This document shows positions 12,501-25,200 of a stretch of 64,000 nucleotides of DNA, piece by piece. The stretch is from Takakia lepidozioides. Lineage: Eukaryota > Plantae > Bryophyta. The stretch's first letter is position 1; the number at the start of each line of letters is the position of its first letter. The position numbers and the translations under genes are program-made. The notes under the pieces were generated by a model. It saw only the letters and a list, made by a program, of their open reading frames with translations. It did not search any database and was not told the origin of the DNA. The stretch covers positions 56,482,001 through 56,546,000 of the forward strand of contig CM060731.1 of assembly GCA_030704615.1 (NCBI GenBank), given 5' to 3'.

Positions 12501-15500
12501 GTGTCTGGCCGACATAATATAACTCTTTCGATGTAGTCATGCTTTTCAATTTCCCCCAGGTTCCAAGTATACAAGATTTCACAAGTCCAGCACGTTGCAA
12601 CATGTCAGGCATTGCATGAATTGACAAGTCCAGAGCGTTGCATGTGCATTCTTGCATTAACTGACTTCTTTCTCTACTAGCTGACAGGAAGCTTTGTTCA
12701 ATGTAGAAGCCCGGATCTTGATCTTCTTGAACTGCAGGGGCTCTGCGTTTTCCGCCATCGTTCACCTTGCAAGCTGCAAGCTCTCAACGAATTGAGGAAA
12801 TCCATGCTGAGGTAGATTGTCTTGGCAGATGAAGGATCAAGCATAGAAATGTCTTAATGTGGCTTTCGACATTGTTTTGTCTGAAAAGACGACTGAAATA
12901 AATGCCATTTTTGGGTGAAGGGACTGTCCTTGGTTGACTGCTCAGCCAGTGAGGGTTGTAAATGTAATCACGTCTTATCTAACTAGGATGTGACAGTTTG
13001 TATGTCTGTGCACATTAAGTGATCTGGAAAGTGGCTATCTTTGCTTCTACTACTATATTTGCTTTGGCTCTAGGGTTCCAACTATGAGTGCCTCTAGCCA
13101 AATAGACACTGACTTCTTTGAAAGATGCTTGTGTGAGGGCTTTCTAGAGGATATCTGGAAAGCCCAATCTAATTGTTTATACCAAGGTAAGTCATACTAC
13201 TGGAGTGAGCCCCTCACAAAGTAGTTCCTATACCCTTATGTTTCCATCCAAACTGGGTGCGGGTCTATAGCCACAAGGCTACGGCAAACAAACTCTTATG
13301 AGTTCTCCCTCTCTCTCTCTCTCTCAAATCCTGTGCACTGCCTTTTGACTCATACCTCTTCCGTTAATCGGATTAACACAGGCATAACATTCCATTATGC
13401 ATATCCTTTGGAATTAGGGTTCTGGATATTAGGAATGGGTGTGACACCTGTCATGGTCAGCTAGAGACCATGAGCTCTCTAGAAGATATCACTACCTCTT
13501 ATCTAGTTTTGTAAGGTCCTAGGTTGTATGAGCATGGCCTCTTTTCCCTGCCCACTCCACACTCCAAGAGTATACATAAGGAGAGAAGCAGCTCAGTCTG
13601 TACATCTCAAAGAGGGAAGGCTCAAGTGGGACAGAGAAGATTGATGACAATGGCCTCTTCGAGCCAACAGGTTTTCCTTAATTTCTGGTTTGCAATAATC
13701 TTTTTGTTGTAATGCTGCACTGCTATGCTTGTCATCTAGACATAGGTCCAATCTCCTTTGTCTCTCATGGTGGACATGGATAACAACTAGGTGAGGCCAT
13801 ATACCTGGGGTTCCACAGGAATCACTAACCTGTTAGTTTGTTGGTTGGCTGTCATGGATCCAGGTAAGGCTTCACCTTTGCCTTGATAGCTAGGAGTGGC
13901 TGATGTCTGATGACTGTCTTCGTCCACACCTTCTGAATAAGGGTTGGCTTCTCAGCATAAATGTTTGGAAAACTCTTCGAAAATTATCAGTAGGCTATGG
14001 CTTGACATGCTTTCATGAATTGACTCAATTCTAAGGTGTGAGCAGCCAGTTCCTTTGGCCTTTGTAAGAATGTAATCCGGCTTGATAATCCTGTCCATCA
14101 AGAACTTGACTATCATGATGGCTGATTTACCTTTCTGAAACTTAGAAAATAGCTACTTAGTTTCTGTTTTCCCTACCGGAACAGAGATAAAGCTGATCCT
14201 AAAAGAGGGACAGGCCACAGGACTAGGGCAAACAACTTCTTATGAGTACATTCTCTCTATGTGACAGGCACAGCATCACAACATCACAGGTCAGATCTTC
14301 ATGCAGTAGTGGTATACACACTGAGGTTTAGTATAAAGTTGACGCACTGTAAATCAACATGCTAAAATCTTCCATTGATGGGCTTGAGCACTATTAACAC
14401 AACTAAAATGAGTTTCATGCCCTGATGGGTGAAAAGTAGACAAATGCTCTAGAGCGGTTAGTATTCGGCAGGGGCCATGCCCTCAAAAGTGTATCACACC
14501 CACAATTCACACGGGAGATCAATACCTATCTCCCTCTCTTACTCTCGTTGACTACAACATATACTAGTGGCAGCTGTGAACCTACTTCCAGCTGAGCTGC
14601 TTCAAGATAGAATTCAGATAAGATATTAGAAGAAAACAGACCTCGGAGAAGGTGCCTGTGAGTTTGTTAAGCAGGGTGGACTTGCCAACTGAGGGGAAAC
14701 CAACCAGTCCGACTCGTGAGTCCCCACTTTTGGTGACATCGAATCCCTCTCCAGCCCCCCCCCCCTTCGAAGATGGTGGAGCCAAAATTTCCCTCCGCAA
14801 TTTTGCCAATTTTGCCTGTCCAAGAGAAGAATTAGATGTCTGCCTCACCAAAGTGTTTCAAAATAAAACTATATTAGCGAACTTCGAAGGAAAAATGAGT
14901 CTTAACTCATACTGCGATCACATCACACCACTTTCACCTTCGAGTGCACCCAAATCACTACGCTCACTACGTAGTGAAATCAATCAGTAATATGTGATGT
15001 TGTAGTTCCTTTGCATTTACAGCAAATTATCGTGTGGAGTAGATGAGATGTAGGATTTAGAATCCAGATCAAGCCCATGTGTGGGATGAAAGGCAGCATT
15101 GCACCTGAATCAGGTAGGTTCAGCTCATGTAGGTTCAAAACGAGAATACCTATAACAAATATTTGAACCTGCCTAAAACCTCCCAAACATTCCTAGAACT
15201 TATACCATTGCACATATACCAGTGGTTATAGAAAAAAAGTAACAAAGGAAGTACATGACATTTAACTGAAGCGATGTTTTCCCTGGAGCCTTCAGCAGCC
15301 CTTTCTGGTTTTACGTTTTGAAGTGAAGAATAAGGCACGAGTCAGACAAACTAGGATTTTACTTCGTCCAACAATCTGGAAAAATTGCAGTTGCCAAGGA
15401 GACCCATTACGGAGTGTCAACCCTTTGGTTGATGAGATCCATTTTGTCTTAGCAGGCAGTGCTAGACCTTGCAGAATACGGTTGTCAGTTCAGAGTTCAC

Positions 15501-16640
15501 TCTTTTTAACAATTCCGCTCTTGCACTTGTGGAGTGGGAAGTGCTCTGATAGGAGATAAAGGGCAACCAGCAAATGTACACCCTACTTTCCTAATCATTG
15601 TATGCAAGATGATCTCAAAGGAGCAGAGACACCAACCCTGCCTGGAATTCTCCACAAGGATCCATAAAGGACTAACACTGCATTTTGTTAAGTACAACAG
15701 TCTCAGCAACCGGACCTAGTATCCAAACCTGGAACCCTAGCAACGTCAAAAGCAGCCTGAAAATCCAAGTCTGCATGTGTCCTGATGGTACCATAACCTG
15801 GTGATAAGATGTTTATTTAAAATGCAGAAAGATTAGGTGATAGTGGCTGCTGGAGGAAACTGAAGCTACTCCAAAGATAGATATAAAAGTGATCCATCTT
15901 TCCAAAGACCGGTCAGACAATACCTTTAGCAACCCCAAATGATGAGCTGTTGCCTTGTTCTTCTGAGTCCTTGCCATCTGCATACACCCACTTTGCTCTT
16001 AATACCAGCCTTGGAAAATGGGAGATACACCTCCCATCCTTTCTGGACACCCTTTTTGACTCCTCCCTTGCCACTTATAAAACAGCCTTGGTGAACGCTA
16101 AAAATCCAGAAACCCGCCTAAATCTCTTCTGGTCACCCTTCCCACCTCCCCCTTCCTCGTCTAAACAGACTCCATGATGTTAGCAAGCAATAAAGGAGTG
16201 GCTCAAGACTCAAACAAAAAATTGGACATCAAGGAGGAGAAACAATCTTCCAGACAGGCTTCCCAATCAGAAAAATCAATGCCAGAATCTAAAGCTACAG
16301 GCTTCCCAACTCAGAAAATTCATGCTGGTTCCACGCAAGACGGATAAGTTCTCCCGCTATGAAAGCTCTACCACAAAGTGCTGCAAGCATATAGCCCGAC
16401 CGAAGAAGCCTAACACGATTAGAACACCACCTAAAGCCATGTGACAAGCAAACAGAGAGAAAAGAATCCAGACGTAAGTGAAGCATTTCTCATCATGTGG
16501 CACTGTTTCTTCAAGAGATTGGTGTGTAATGAGTTTAGGCTGAGCGGGGGATCACAGCTCTCATTGGGAAATATAATTTTAAGAAACCACGGACATACCT
16601 CATCTTCGATATCCTTGATTTTCTGCATCACAGTCGCCAT
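9549..16640 (-). CDS. DRG1: Developmentally regulated GTP-binding protein, DRG1 type (OBG family with TGS domain), 368 aa, 10 exons
   Basis: GT-AG exons 16599-16640, 15924-15977, 14642-14815, 12151-12222, 11694-11753, 11181-11290, 10603-10902, 10065-10256, 9843-9894 and 9549-9599 sum to 1107 nt in frame. Motifs: [32 protein letters not shown] (G1), YEFTT (G2), DLPG (G3), NKID (G4), C-terminal [15 protein letters not shown]. Confidence 0.97.
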
Positions 16641-16909
16641 GCTGCCACAGATGATTCCAGAACAGGCGAGTGCACTCTGATCGGCTCTTCAAAACTTGCA
16701 AGGCAGAAGCGAAGTAGCAGGTCTAAACTCAAACTCAGTTTTGAGCGAGATCCTTCACCCATACCATGGAGGCGACCCACGCCCGTCTCTACGACTGTCA
16801 TCCAGCAGCTGGTGTTCATCCACTGTTTCATTCATTGCGTTTCAGGGTTTTTTTTTTTTTTTTGGCCAGAACAGTGGTTATAAGTTATAACCCTGGAAAT
16901 ATATTAATA

Positions 16910-17510
16910 GCGAAAAGGAGCTGTTTCCAAGTGCAGCTCCTTCCAAGTATCACAGCAATCGAAGACCCCAAGCTCTTTGCCAAGTTCGACGAATCTTGGG
17001 GGAAGGACTTTGTTTTCTGCAGGAGAATTGAAGACACAAGAATTGTGGGAAGACTCCCGCTGCCTGTTGGAAGCTCAACTAGGACGAAACAGACTCCGCT
17101 GGAGAACGAAGACACGGAAATAAATTGGAGACACAAACGTAGTGGCTCTAGGAAAGCAAAAGCAAAGGCACAGCTTACTTATGAGGTCCTAAGAGGAAAC
17201 GAGGCAGTATGTAGGATGTTTTCTGGCAGACTAGGTCCTGCTCTCCTTCTTCTTGCTGGACAGGTTCATCTCTGTAGAGTGGACAATTCAGCGCTATCCT
17301 TCTCCTCACTTCTCCCTGTTTTCGACTATGTAAGGAATTAATCCCTACTTAGTCTAGATTCATCTTCCTTGATTTCTGTAATATTGGTTCTGAGTGGTAC
17401 CTCTGTAATCTGCCTTATGGCTCTCTGTAAGGTTATTTTTTCCTTACCTCTTCTTCAATAAATTTGTCAAGGCTACAATCCCCATGTTAAAAAAATTTAA
17501 AAATAAAAAA
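16910..17510 (+). mobile_element. 5'-truncated LINE (ORF2 C-terminus, 3'UTR, A-rich tail) inserted antisense into the 3'UTR of the full-length LINE
   Basis: FDESWGKDFVFC...DTEINWRHKR resembles DAKVNWRHRK in the host LINE; A-tail at 17489-17510; removing it restores ggaaatatattaatacaagaggaaaaaataacc, with AATA duplicated at 16906-16909 and 17511-17514. Confidence 0.8.
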
Positions 17511-17986
17511 AATACAAGAGGAAAAAATAACCTCTGGGCCGTGAAGGTGTGAGACACAAGGGGAACATCCCGGAGACTACCAAATAGAGAGTTATGGTTG
17601 GAACAAGCTAAGATAGGCGACGCAGCACCGAAGCTGAAGCTCTAGATGGATAAGGGAATCAAACAGAGCCGAGACGAGAAACTAACTGCCGGAATAGACC
17701 AAAAGGGATTGGCAAAGTGCGAGAGCTTACACAGAGAGCCAAGCAACCTGCAAAAGCAACCTGCAACAAACTACCAATCTAGCCCAGAGGTCTTCAAACA
17801 CTACCAATCAAACTGCTACGATTGGTCAAACCACCACTGGAGTCCTTTTTCTGGGACTCCAAAGTGGACGAGCTCGAAAGAAACTTGAGATGTAAGGGCC
17901 TGCCTCACCAGTAAACAGAACCCATAGCACGGATTTATAAGTGCATTTTCTGAGATTAATGGGACATCTCGCAAGGATAAGAGCAA

Positions 17987-20900
17987 CTAGCAGGCATCCG
18001 CAATGAAATCCAATGACGTCTTAGCTCTAGGAATTCTGAGCTTACGGTGCCTCCAGTTTACTTTCGCATCTTCAGAGCCCACCGGGGATTTGCCATTGGT
18101 CGGGGAGGACGTAGTGCCAGGTAATGGACGATTCTGAAGTCCTTGTGCAGAGGATGTGATCCTTCCCCCAGGAGAGATCAAAGGAAGCGAAGAGCTCTTG
18201 CCGCCTCCTCTCACTGCACCTGTCACAAGCTGCAAGCAAAGACCCCCCCACGCCTTGTACCCCTCAGTCATCAGATCTGCAAATATTTTATGCAGCAACG
18301 ATCTGATGCTGGGGCAGCACCCCTCAAACAAAAAAGAACATCTGGACTTCCAGAGAGCCCACAACGTATGAGCCCGCAGGCAGGACTAGACCGGGCAAGA
18401 GTCCCAAAGATTACCCCGGGCCCAGTTTAGTGAGCAACAGCAAAGGGGATTGAAAAGAAGCAGCCCTCCATTTAGAGTAGAAAGTAGACACCACTCTCCA
18501 CACCTTTGCAGCCAGAGGGTAAGTGGTAAGGCAATGCTCTATGGATTCCTCTTCATTAGCAGGGCATAAAAGATAGACTGGGTTACCATCAAACGAATGC
18601 GCTGCTACAGGCATGATTATGTTAGCAATTTTCTACAAAAAGGTTGAGATCTTGGAGGCTCTGTCTTTGCGCCATATATCCTTCCAGATAAGCTTCCACT
18701 AAATTCCAGCATTTGGGATGTGTTGCCACTTTCTCTCCCATTTGAGAGTGAAATTGGCTGATCCCAGCAGCAGTCTATATCCTATCTTTGCAGAGTACCC
18801 AAAGAATGGTGACCTCTTAGCATTAAATCAGGCCCACTCCCCTGGATCAAACTGCAGGCCCGCCAGAGGAATGGAAAGAAACTAGTGGAGTCTTAAGTGC
18901 GAAGCCCACTGGGCCTCCATTCCCGGCGGAGGGAGAGGAGTGGCTGCTCCTGAAACCGTATCAATTACCCTTATAGGGAACAGCTCATGCCTTTTAGCTA
19001 TCCCTGGAGCTAACACTGTCAAATTCCCAAGGGGAGAGGCCAGAAACCCCAAACCTGCAATGCCATCAGGGGCATATGAGATTGCCAGAAGCAAATTAAA
19101 CGGCAAACCTGAAGCACAGCCCAACCAAATTGGCATCGGCCAGGGATCATTCTCAGATAGCAATGTCGAGAGATAGGACGCTCCCTGACATGACATTCCA
19201 ACTACTGTTGACAACCCGCCTTGGAAGGGCAGCGCAAAGCAAATCTTGAGACACAAATTGACTTTGCTCCCAGATATTCGCCACATGACTGAACCCCGCA
19301 TTTTCCCAAGAGGCCCACTTCCTGGACAGATTAATAAGCGGAGCTGAGTCTAGATTGTAGTTATCGAACAGGGGCTGCCTGATGGCCTCTGCAAAAGAGG
19401 TAGCTCTCCGCTGAAAAAGGTAGGGTCTTAGCTTAAGCCAGGCACACCAAATTGAGTTCCAAGCCAGAGAACCTACCTGGTGTGTGTGCTTGGTGCCATG
19501 AACGAGCCATTTCAAAGAGGGGGGCCATAAACCAGAGGTCCTAGGTGCTGCGCGAACGAGATGTTCACGGATGAGCTTGCACCAAGGGCTATTGGCCAGC
19601 CAAAAGGAGCGGGGGATCCATCTTGCCAGAAAAGCAGTGATCTACCTCTCTGGGTCCAGAATCTCCAATCCACCTTCCAATTTGGGACGACAAAGCTGGG
19701 CCCAAGAAATCAAGGCTCTTCTTTTAAGAGCCGCTGCCGTGCCCCCCCAAAGGAAATTCCACAACAACACCTTAATTGATTGGACCACTGGTAAACCCGG
19801 ACTCCAAACCGAAGCAAAAAACCAAATTGCAGCGCCCAACAATATTTGGTTGAGAACCAGAGCTCTGCTGCCAGCGAGAGCTAGGTCGAGCTCCAGTATG
19901 CAATGTTCATGCGGAGCTTCTGTAGCACTTGCTCAAAGAGCTGCTCTTCCGAGATGTCATGCCCGAATTGAAACGTGTATGAACCTGGCCATCTTCCAAC
20001 CATCTTAACCCCAGGTCAGCACCCCACGGGGGCAATGCATGGCTGCAGCAGAGTCAGGCTGTTTTGAGAGGAGACCAACCGACTTTGACCAGTTCACCTT
20101 GAGACCCAAGGCCAGGCAAAAGGTGTCCAAGGCGGAGCATGCCCTATCCACATTCTGAGTAAAGCTATTGTCAATCAACATTACAGTATCATCTACATAC
20201 ATAGAAGTCTTCACTGGAGGGAAGAGGCCATGACGGGGGGTTTAAACCAATGAGGTCTTCTTTTCCATCCAGGAAATGCCCAAGGCAGTCCGCTACCAGC
20301 AAAAACAAATAAGGGGCAAGGGGACAGCCCTGTCTCACAGACCTGTGCAAGGAAAAGGAGGTAGGGATGAGACCATTAACCACCACTTTACTGGAAGCAG
20401 ATTTGTGGGAGGGGGTGAAGCCCGACCACATTATGTTTGTTTGCGTTTGCAATGCATTTGCGAGCCTGCTGGAGAAGGGAAAAGAGGTCCATGGTTGCAT
20501 CGTCAATGCTGGACAAGGTCGAGGACAATGTGGTGAGGGCACCTTCTTCTTCGACCTATTTCAGCCTGTTTTGCTTTAGGGTTCAGCCTCGGCCCTGAAT
20601 TTGCAGCACGAAGCTCTGGCATGAGTTTTACAGATCCTTCACGATGGTGGGACAACCGCAATCACAAGGTGCGGCGTTTTCTTAATGTACGTGGTGAAGA
20701 AGTTTGTCCATCCCGCAAATGTGGGCTCTTGGCTCCTGATAGTACCATGATTTGGTATTCTAGGTCATGTTTATAAGGTTCTTGGGAGAGTCAGCTTGGT
20801 CTTACTGGCCGTGTTTCAATCTCTACCCGCTCAGCTGCACCGTGGTAGTTCTCATGGACCTATTTCAGCCAACCTGACTATAGACACAAGGAGCACACAC

Positions 20901-22720
20901 AAGAGGTCTTCTTGGGTTCATGGTCAATCTAATCCTCCATGGGTCCCACCCCAAGCTCATTCAGCCTAAGAACGCTCATTTTGTATCGTTGTGTATCACA
21001 CCTGCAGCAGCTTTAATCGAGAATGTTAACCCATCTCAAGAAGGGCCCTTCTAAACCAGCTTGATCAGAACTCTGTTAAGAAAATCCCAGCTGATATTAT
21101 CAAATGCCTTTTCAAAATCTAGCATGAGAAGAGCCAGTGGCTGGGCATTCTTTTGAGCCAAGTGCAAAGCCTCTTTAGCAAAGAGAATGTTGTCCAAAAT
21201 CATTCTGCTTCTAACAAACCCAGTCTGCTCTAGTCTAATGATGGCTGGGAGCAGGGGTTGGATCCTAAGGGCAAGGGCCTTTGCAATTACCTTATAGATG
21301 GAGTTCAACAACGTGATCGACGGCCGGTAGTTTGAAACTACGGATCTCTCTTTTTGAAGATGAGGGTGATCAACCCTTGGGACGTCTGCGAGGGCATGAT
21401 ACCTTTCTCCAAGATATCATTAGTCATGGCAAGAAAATCATCCCCCATCGTGCCCCAAAGCCCTTTAATAAATTCAACAGGAAGGCCATCCAATCCTGGT
21501 GCCTTACCTGGGCTAAGGGAGGCCAAAGCCTCATTCAGTTCCGTTAGCGTGAAGGGGGCTCCCAGCAAAGCCTTTTCTCTATCAGGAAGGAATTGAATGC
21601 AAAACATAATTAGAGGCAAGACTAGATTCTGGTGAGTGCTGATGCCCAGCAAAGAGCTTGGCAAAATAATCCGCTGCCAGGCTTGCCATGTTCTTGGCAG
21701 AAGACTGCAGCCCACCATGAGAATCCACCAGGGACACAATAGAATTAGCCATCGATCTCTATTTAGCCTTCATGAAAAAATACTTGTTCATTTTTTCACC
21801 TTTCAATGACCAATTAACTCCTGCTTTTCTCCTCATAGAGTCCTCCCTAGATTTCCTCAGCTCCTGCAGGTTTGACTTAGCACGGTTGTAAGCTAACAGG
21901 GTGTACGGGCCCTCGTTTTTTCCCTCAATGAGTTCCTGACACACCTCCAAGCATTTTAACAGACACTTTTCTTTGAGCTCTTTCCAAGGCAAATTTCCTA
22001 GAGAGCTCCTGACTTGCCTTGCGGGTGGCCTGTAGCTTTTCTAAAAACCTCAGGGTAGGAGAGAGGAGATGGTTACCAGAGGACTTCCAGATGAGGGACA
22101 AAGACTCCATAACTTCTTGGTTTTTTAGGAAAGAGGGATTGAGCTTGAAGTACCCCCTTCCTTTGGGACGCACCCCAGGGGCCATGAAGGCCAATTTAAT
22201 CTCAGCATGGTCAAAACCAGGCAGGATAGGCCCCAACGGGAATATGGAGGTCCAAGAGAGAATAGTTGGGGAGCATTAAATCCTGTCCAACTTATATTTA
22301 AGCACAACAAATCCCAGAATTCAATCCTCTCCTGAACCAGATTAGGGGCATACACATTTATAATCCCAATCTTATACTGCTCCCTAGGGGATGCGAAAAC
22401 ACCAAATTGCGCCCTACACTGAATCCACACCTCATGACAACCAAAAGAGGGAAGCAATGAGGGCGAAATAAGAATTGCAGTACCCCCTCTGGCATCAGCC
22501 ACTAAACGGTTCCACCAGGCTGCCTGAAGCGGCCAGATCGAATTACCTAGGTTTGCGATATTAAAGTGATATTAACATCACCGAGTTAGTGTTCTTGCAA
22601 AAAACCCACAGAGCTAGACGAGATAAGAGGGGCAGCCTAGTTCCTAATCCTTGACCGCTTTGGAGCTGACACGTTCGACCCTAATCCCCTAATGTTCCAA
22701 GATCTGAGCGTGAAATTCAT
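17987..22720 (-). pseudogene. LINE ORF2 (APE endonuclease, RT, zf-RVT), frameshifted
   Basis: RSWNIRG, INVYAPN, DHA, KAPGLDGLPVEF, LDFEKAFD, RQGCPLAPYLF, YVDD, ISWAQLCRPKLEGGL, CPANEEESIEHCL, WALWKSRC. Confidence 0.9.
20401..21005 (+). other. 605-bp insertion in the LINE RT carrying a PPR (PLS-type) gene fragment
   Basis: AGCAG duplicated at 20396-20400 and 21006-21010; RT reads RWVNIL..|..ASSKVVVNG across it; ~20409-20515 encodes EGVKPDHIMFVCVCNAFASLLEKGKEVHGCIVNAG. Confidence 0.7.
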
Positions 22721-25200
22721 GTGAAGGGGAGGGAGAGGCCCGAGAGCAAGTCCCGAAATGATGCAGGCCCATAAGCAGAGAAGTGAAACAGGGTGCGGTT
22801 GTCTGCCGGAGGGAGAACAGAGAGCCACCGGGGGTGGAGACAGGAAGTGCGTCAGCCTGAAGACCGCGACTAGGATGGAGCCCCTGGTTTTTTGCTTAGA
22901 CCCAAGGTCTTCACCTAGCGGTTCTTCTTCAACATAATGCGATAATATAGGAGTGAACCCATGAATCCGAGGAACGTTGCCACCTCCTGCAGCTTCTGGC
23001 CCATGACCTCCGGAGCCAGGCTGTCAAAGAACCAAACCGGCAAAACCCGAAGGAAGGCGTGATCCCTGACAAGCACCAGACATCTTTTGCAAGAAACTGG
23101 GTCCGCACAACAGATGAAGAGGGGCGTGGCTGAGTAAGGCATGCTTACCACGGACACCGGGGCCTCATCTGATCTAGCGGAGGGAGACCGCCCGTAAGGG
23201 CTGACAATCAAGGACGATTTGGCCGCGTTTGCCCTGTAGCCTGCAGATTTTCATCTCCAGTAGTGGGTACCTGGACCGATGTGTTATGACCCCCCCCTAG
23301 AATGGCATCGACGATTGCAAAACCTGCTCTGAGTATCTCCTTGCTTTTAATCACCCCCACGTCAAGAGGATGTGTGTCTTTGAGGGTGCGTTTGTGAATC
23401 CAAGCACTGTGAGGCACTTCCGAATGCAAGCGCAACACCTCATCGACTGCTAGAACGAGCAAGACATGGACTGTCGAGAAATCGTGGTCCGGGGAGTTCT
23501 CCACAAAACCCCCGAAGTGTGCCACTGCCTTTTGCGATAGCTGGAATTGGAAGCACCTAGTGGCAAAAATTTCCCTTGTCACCCATAGCACCATATCAAC
23601 CTCTTGACGTGCATGGAACATCGCCGCCACTTTTGTGGAGACCCAAGAGCCCACTATCCCTTTATCTCCACCCGAAAGACATATCGCAGGGGAGCCATCC
23701 TTGTGCCTATAGATGATCCCGGGGAGATATGGATTGCAGCAGTACTTTTAACCACAACGTTCTTAGGAGACCATTGTCCCAAAGAAAGTCCTGCAAAAAA
23801 TCTTAGAGCCAGACAGTTCGTGGCCAAATTGTCAATGGGGGCATCCATTGCAAGTAATCATAGAAAGGGAACGTAGCCGGGTGGGGGGGGCTTCTGACAT
23901 GACGAGAGAGCAACACCGGCTTGGGACGCCCGGCAGGAGAAGTCACCCCAGAGGAGCAAAGACGCTTGCGCTTGTGCGTTCTGCCCGTCGAGGAGGGTGA
24001 TGCTGAAGCTGCTAAGTTGCATTGATCCCGAGAGGGGCGTGGAGAGTGGGTAGCCCTCACCAGGACCGCCTCATTTGCCAACTTTTCCTCCGGCTGAGAA
24101 GAGTCCATTGTCTCCGATCTGCGGGGAGCTTTGCCCGTCCTAGCAAGCGGGCACTCCGACTTGACATGTCCTTCTTCGTTACATGCAAAACAAATAACAC
24201 TTAGCACTTCTTCTTTGATAAGAACAGAGATGTAAGATCCGTCCAAAGTAGGGAGCTTTATGCTTTTACCACCCTCGGGCATCATCACAACCACCTTGGG
24301 GATACCTCCCTCCCTGGTAGACTCAGCAACATTATCTTTGATCACACTTAAAGGACCTCCTTCACCAGGGATAGAGACATTCAGTGATCCAATGTAAGAA
24401 CCAAAATGTGCTCCAATCTCTGGGAGGGAGGCTAGATAGTTGTCAGGCAAAAAAGGCAGACTAGCAATGACTGTAATTTGTAAATGACACCATTCTTGTG
24501 ACCCCATTCTTGGAACCAAGGAAACAGGTTGACCTTAAACCTGGACATAATCTTTGACACCAGAGCTTTTCCCGCCTCCTCTTTGGTGCTAAACATGACT
24601 CTGTAGAATCCCTTTCCCATGGACTAACAGAAATGATGAGTAAGACCCCCTTCAGTCCCAAAGTGCTATAAAAGCCATTTGCAAACCCATTTCCTCTCAT
24701 GCACTCTTCCATAAAAAAGTGAGCCAGAATTCCAAACTGAGTCATCTTTTTAGACTAGGACTTGACACAGTCCATGTTGAGCTGGAGGATCTGCTGACCT
24801 TCTTCCCCTGAGAAACCAGACTCAGACCATGGGACAATATCGAGACTTTGGTTGCCTGTCTAGGATTCGGAACCTCTACCCAGAAGCGAACCCAACAACT
24901 GCACCCCTTTCCCCTTTCCAGGCATTGGCCCTCTATTTCTCTGACCAGAATTACCCTGTTTCCTGCGCTGCGAGCTACCTCTCATTGCCATCAAAATAGA
25001 TCATACAGAGGGAGCAAAGAACAGACCCGCGAGCTGAGGGGCAAGGTGAGAAAGCACGACCTGAACACCAAAATATGGCAGCGGGAGTCAGTCTTCACCG
25101 GGGGTGCGGTGACTGGTCGTCAAGCAATAACTGCAGATCCCTGTGAGCTCGTTCATTGGCGGATTCACAAGGGAAGGGGGATGCGTATCATACCACTACC
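22717..25200 (-). pseudogene. LINE ORF1 (DUF4283-like region, CCHC knuckle, long C-terminal extension), frameshifted
   Basis: MGKGFYRVMFSTKEEAGKAL...FPW and CFACNEEGHVKSEC; broken ORFs 23654-23848, 23208-23654 and 22915-23211 continue to a stop that overlaps the ORF2 ATG. 5' boundary approximate. Confidence 0.75.

Noticed and set aside
12460-12560. GIY-YIG/Penelope endonuclease (YYVGQT)
   Set aside because: Single short motif; no upstream GIY or downstream R/E/N residues, and no adjacent RT.
20404-21000. Solo LTR (TG...CA)
   Set aside because: The bases flanking TG...CA do not form a TSD; the AGCAG duplication lies 3-5 bp further out.
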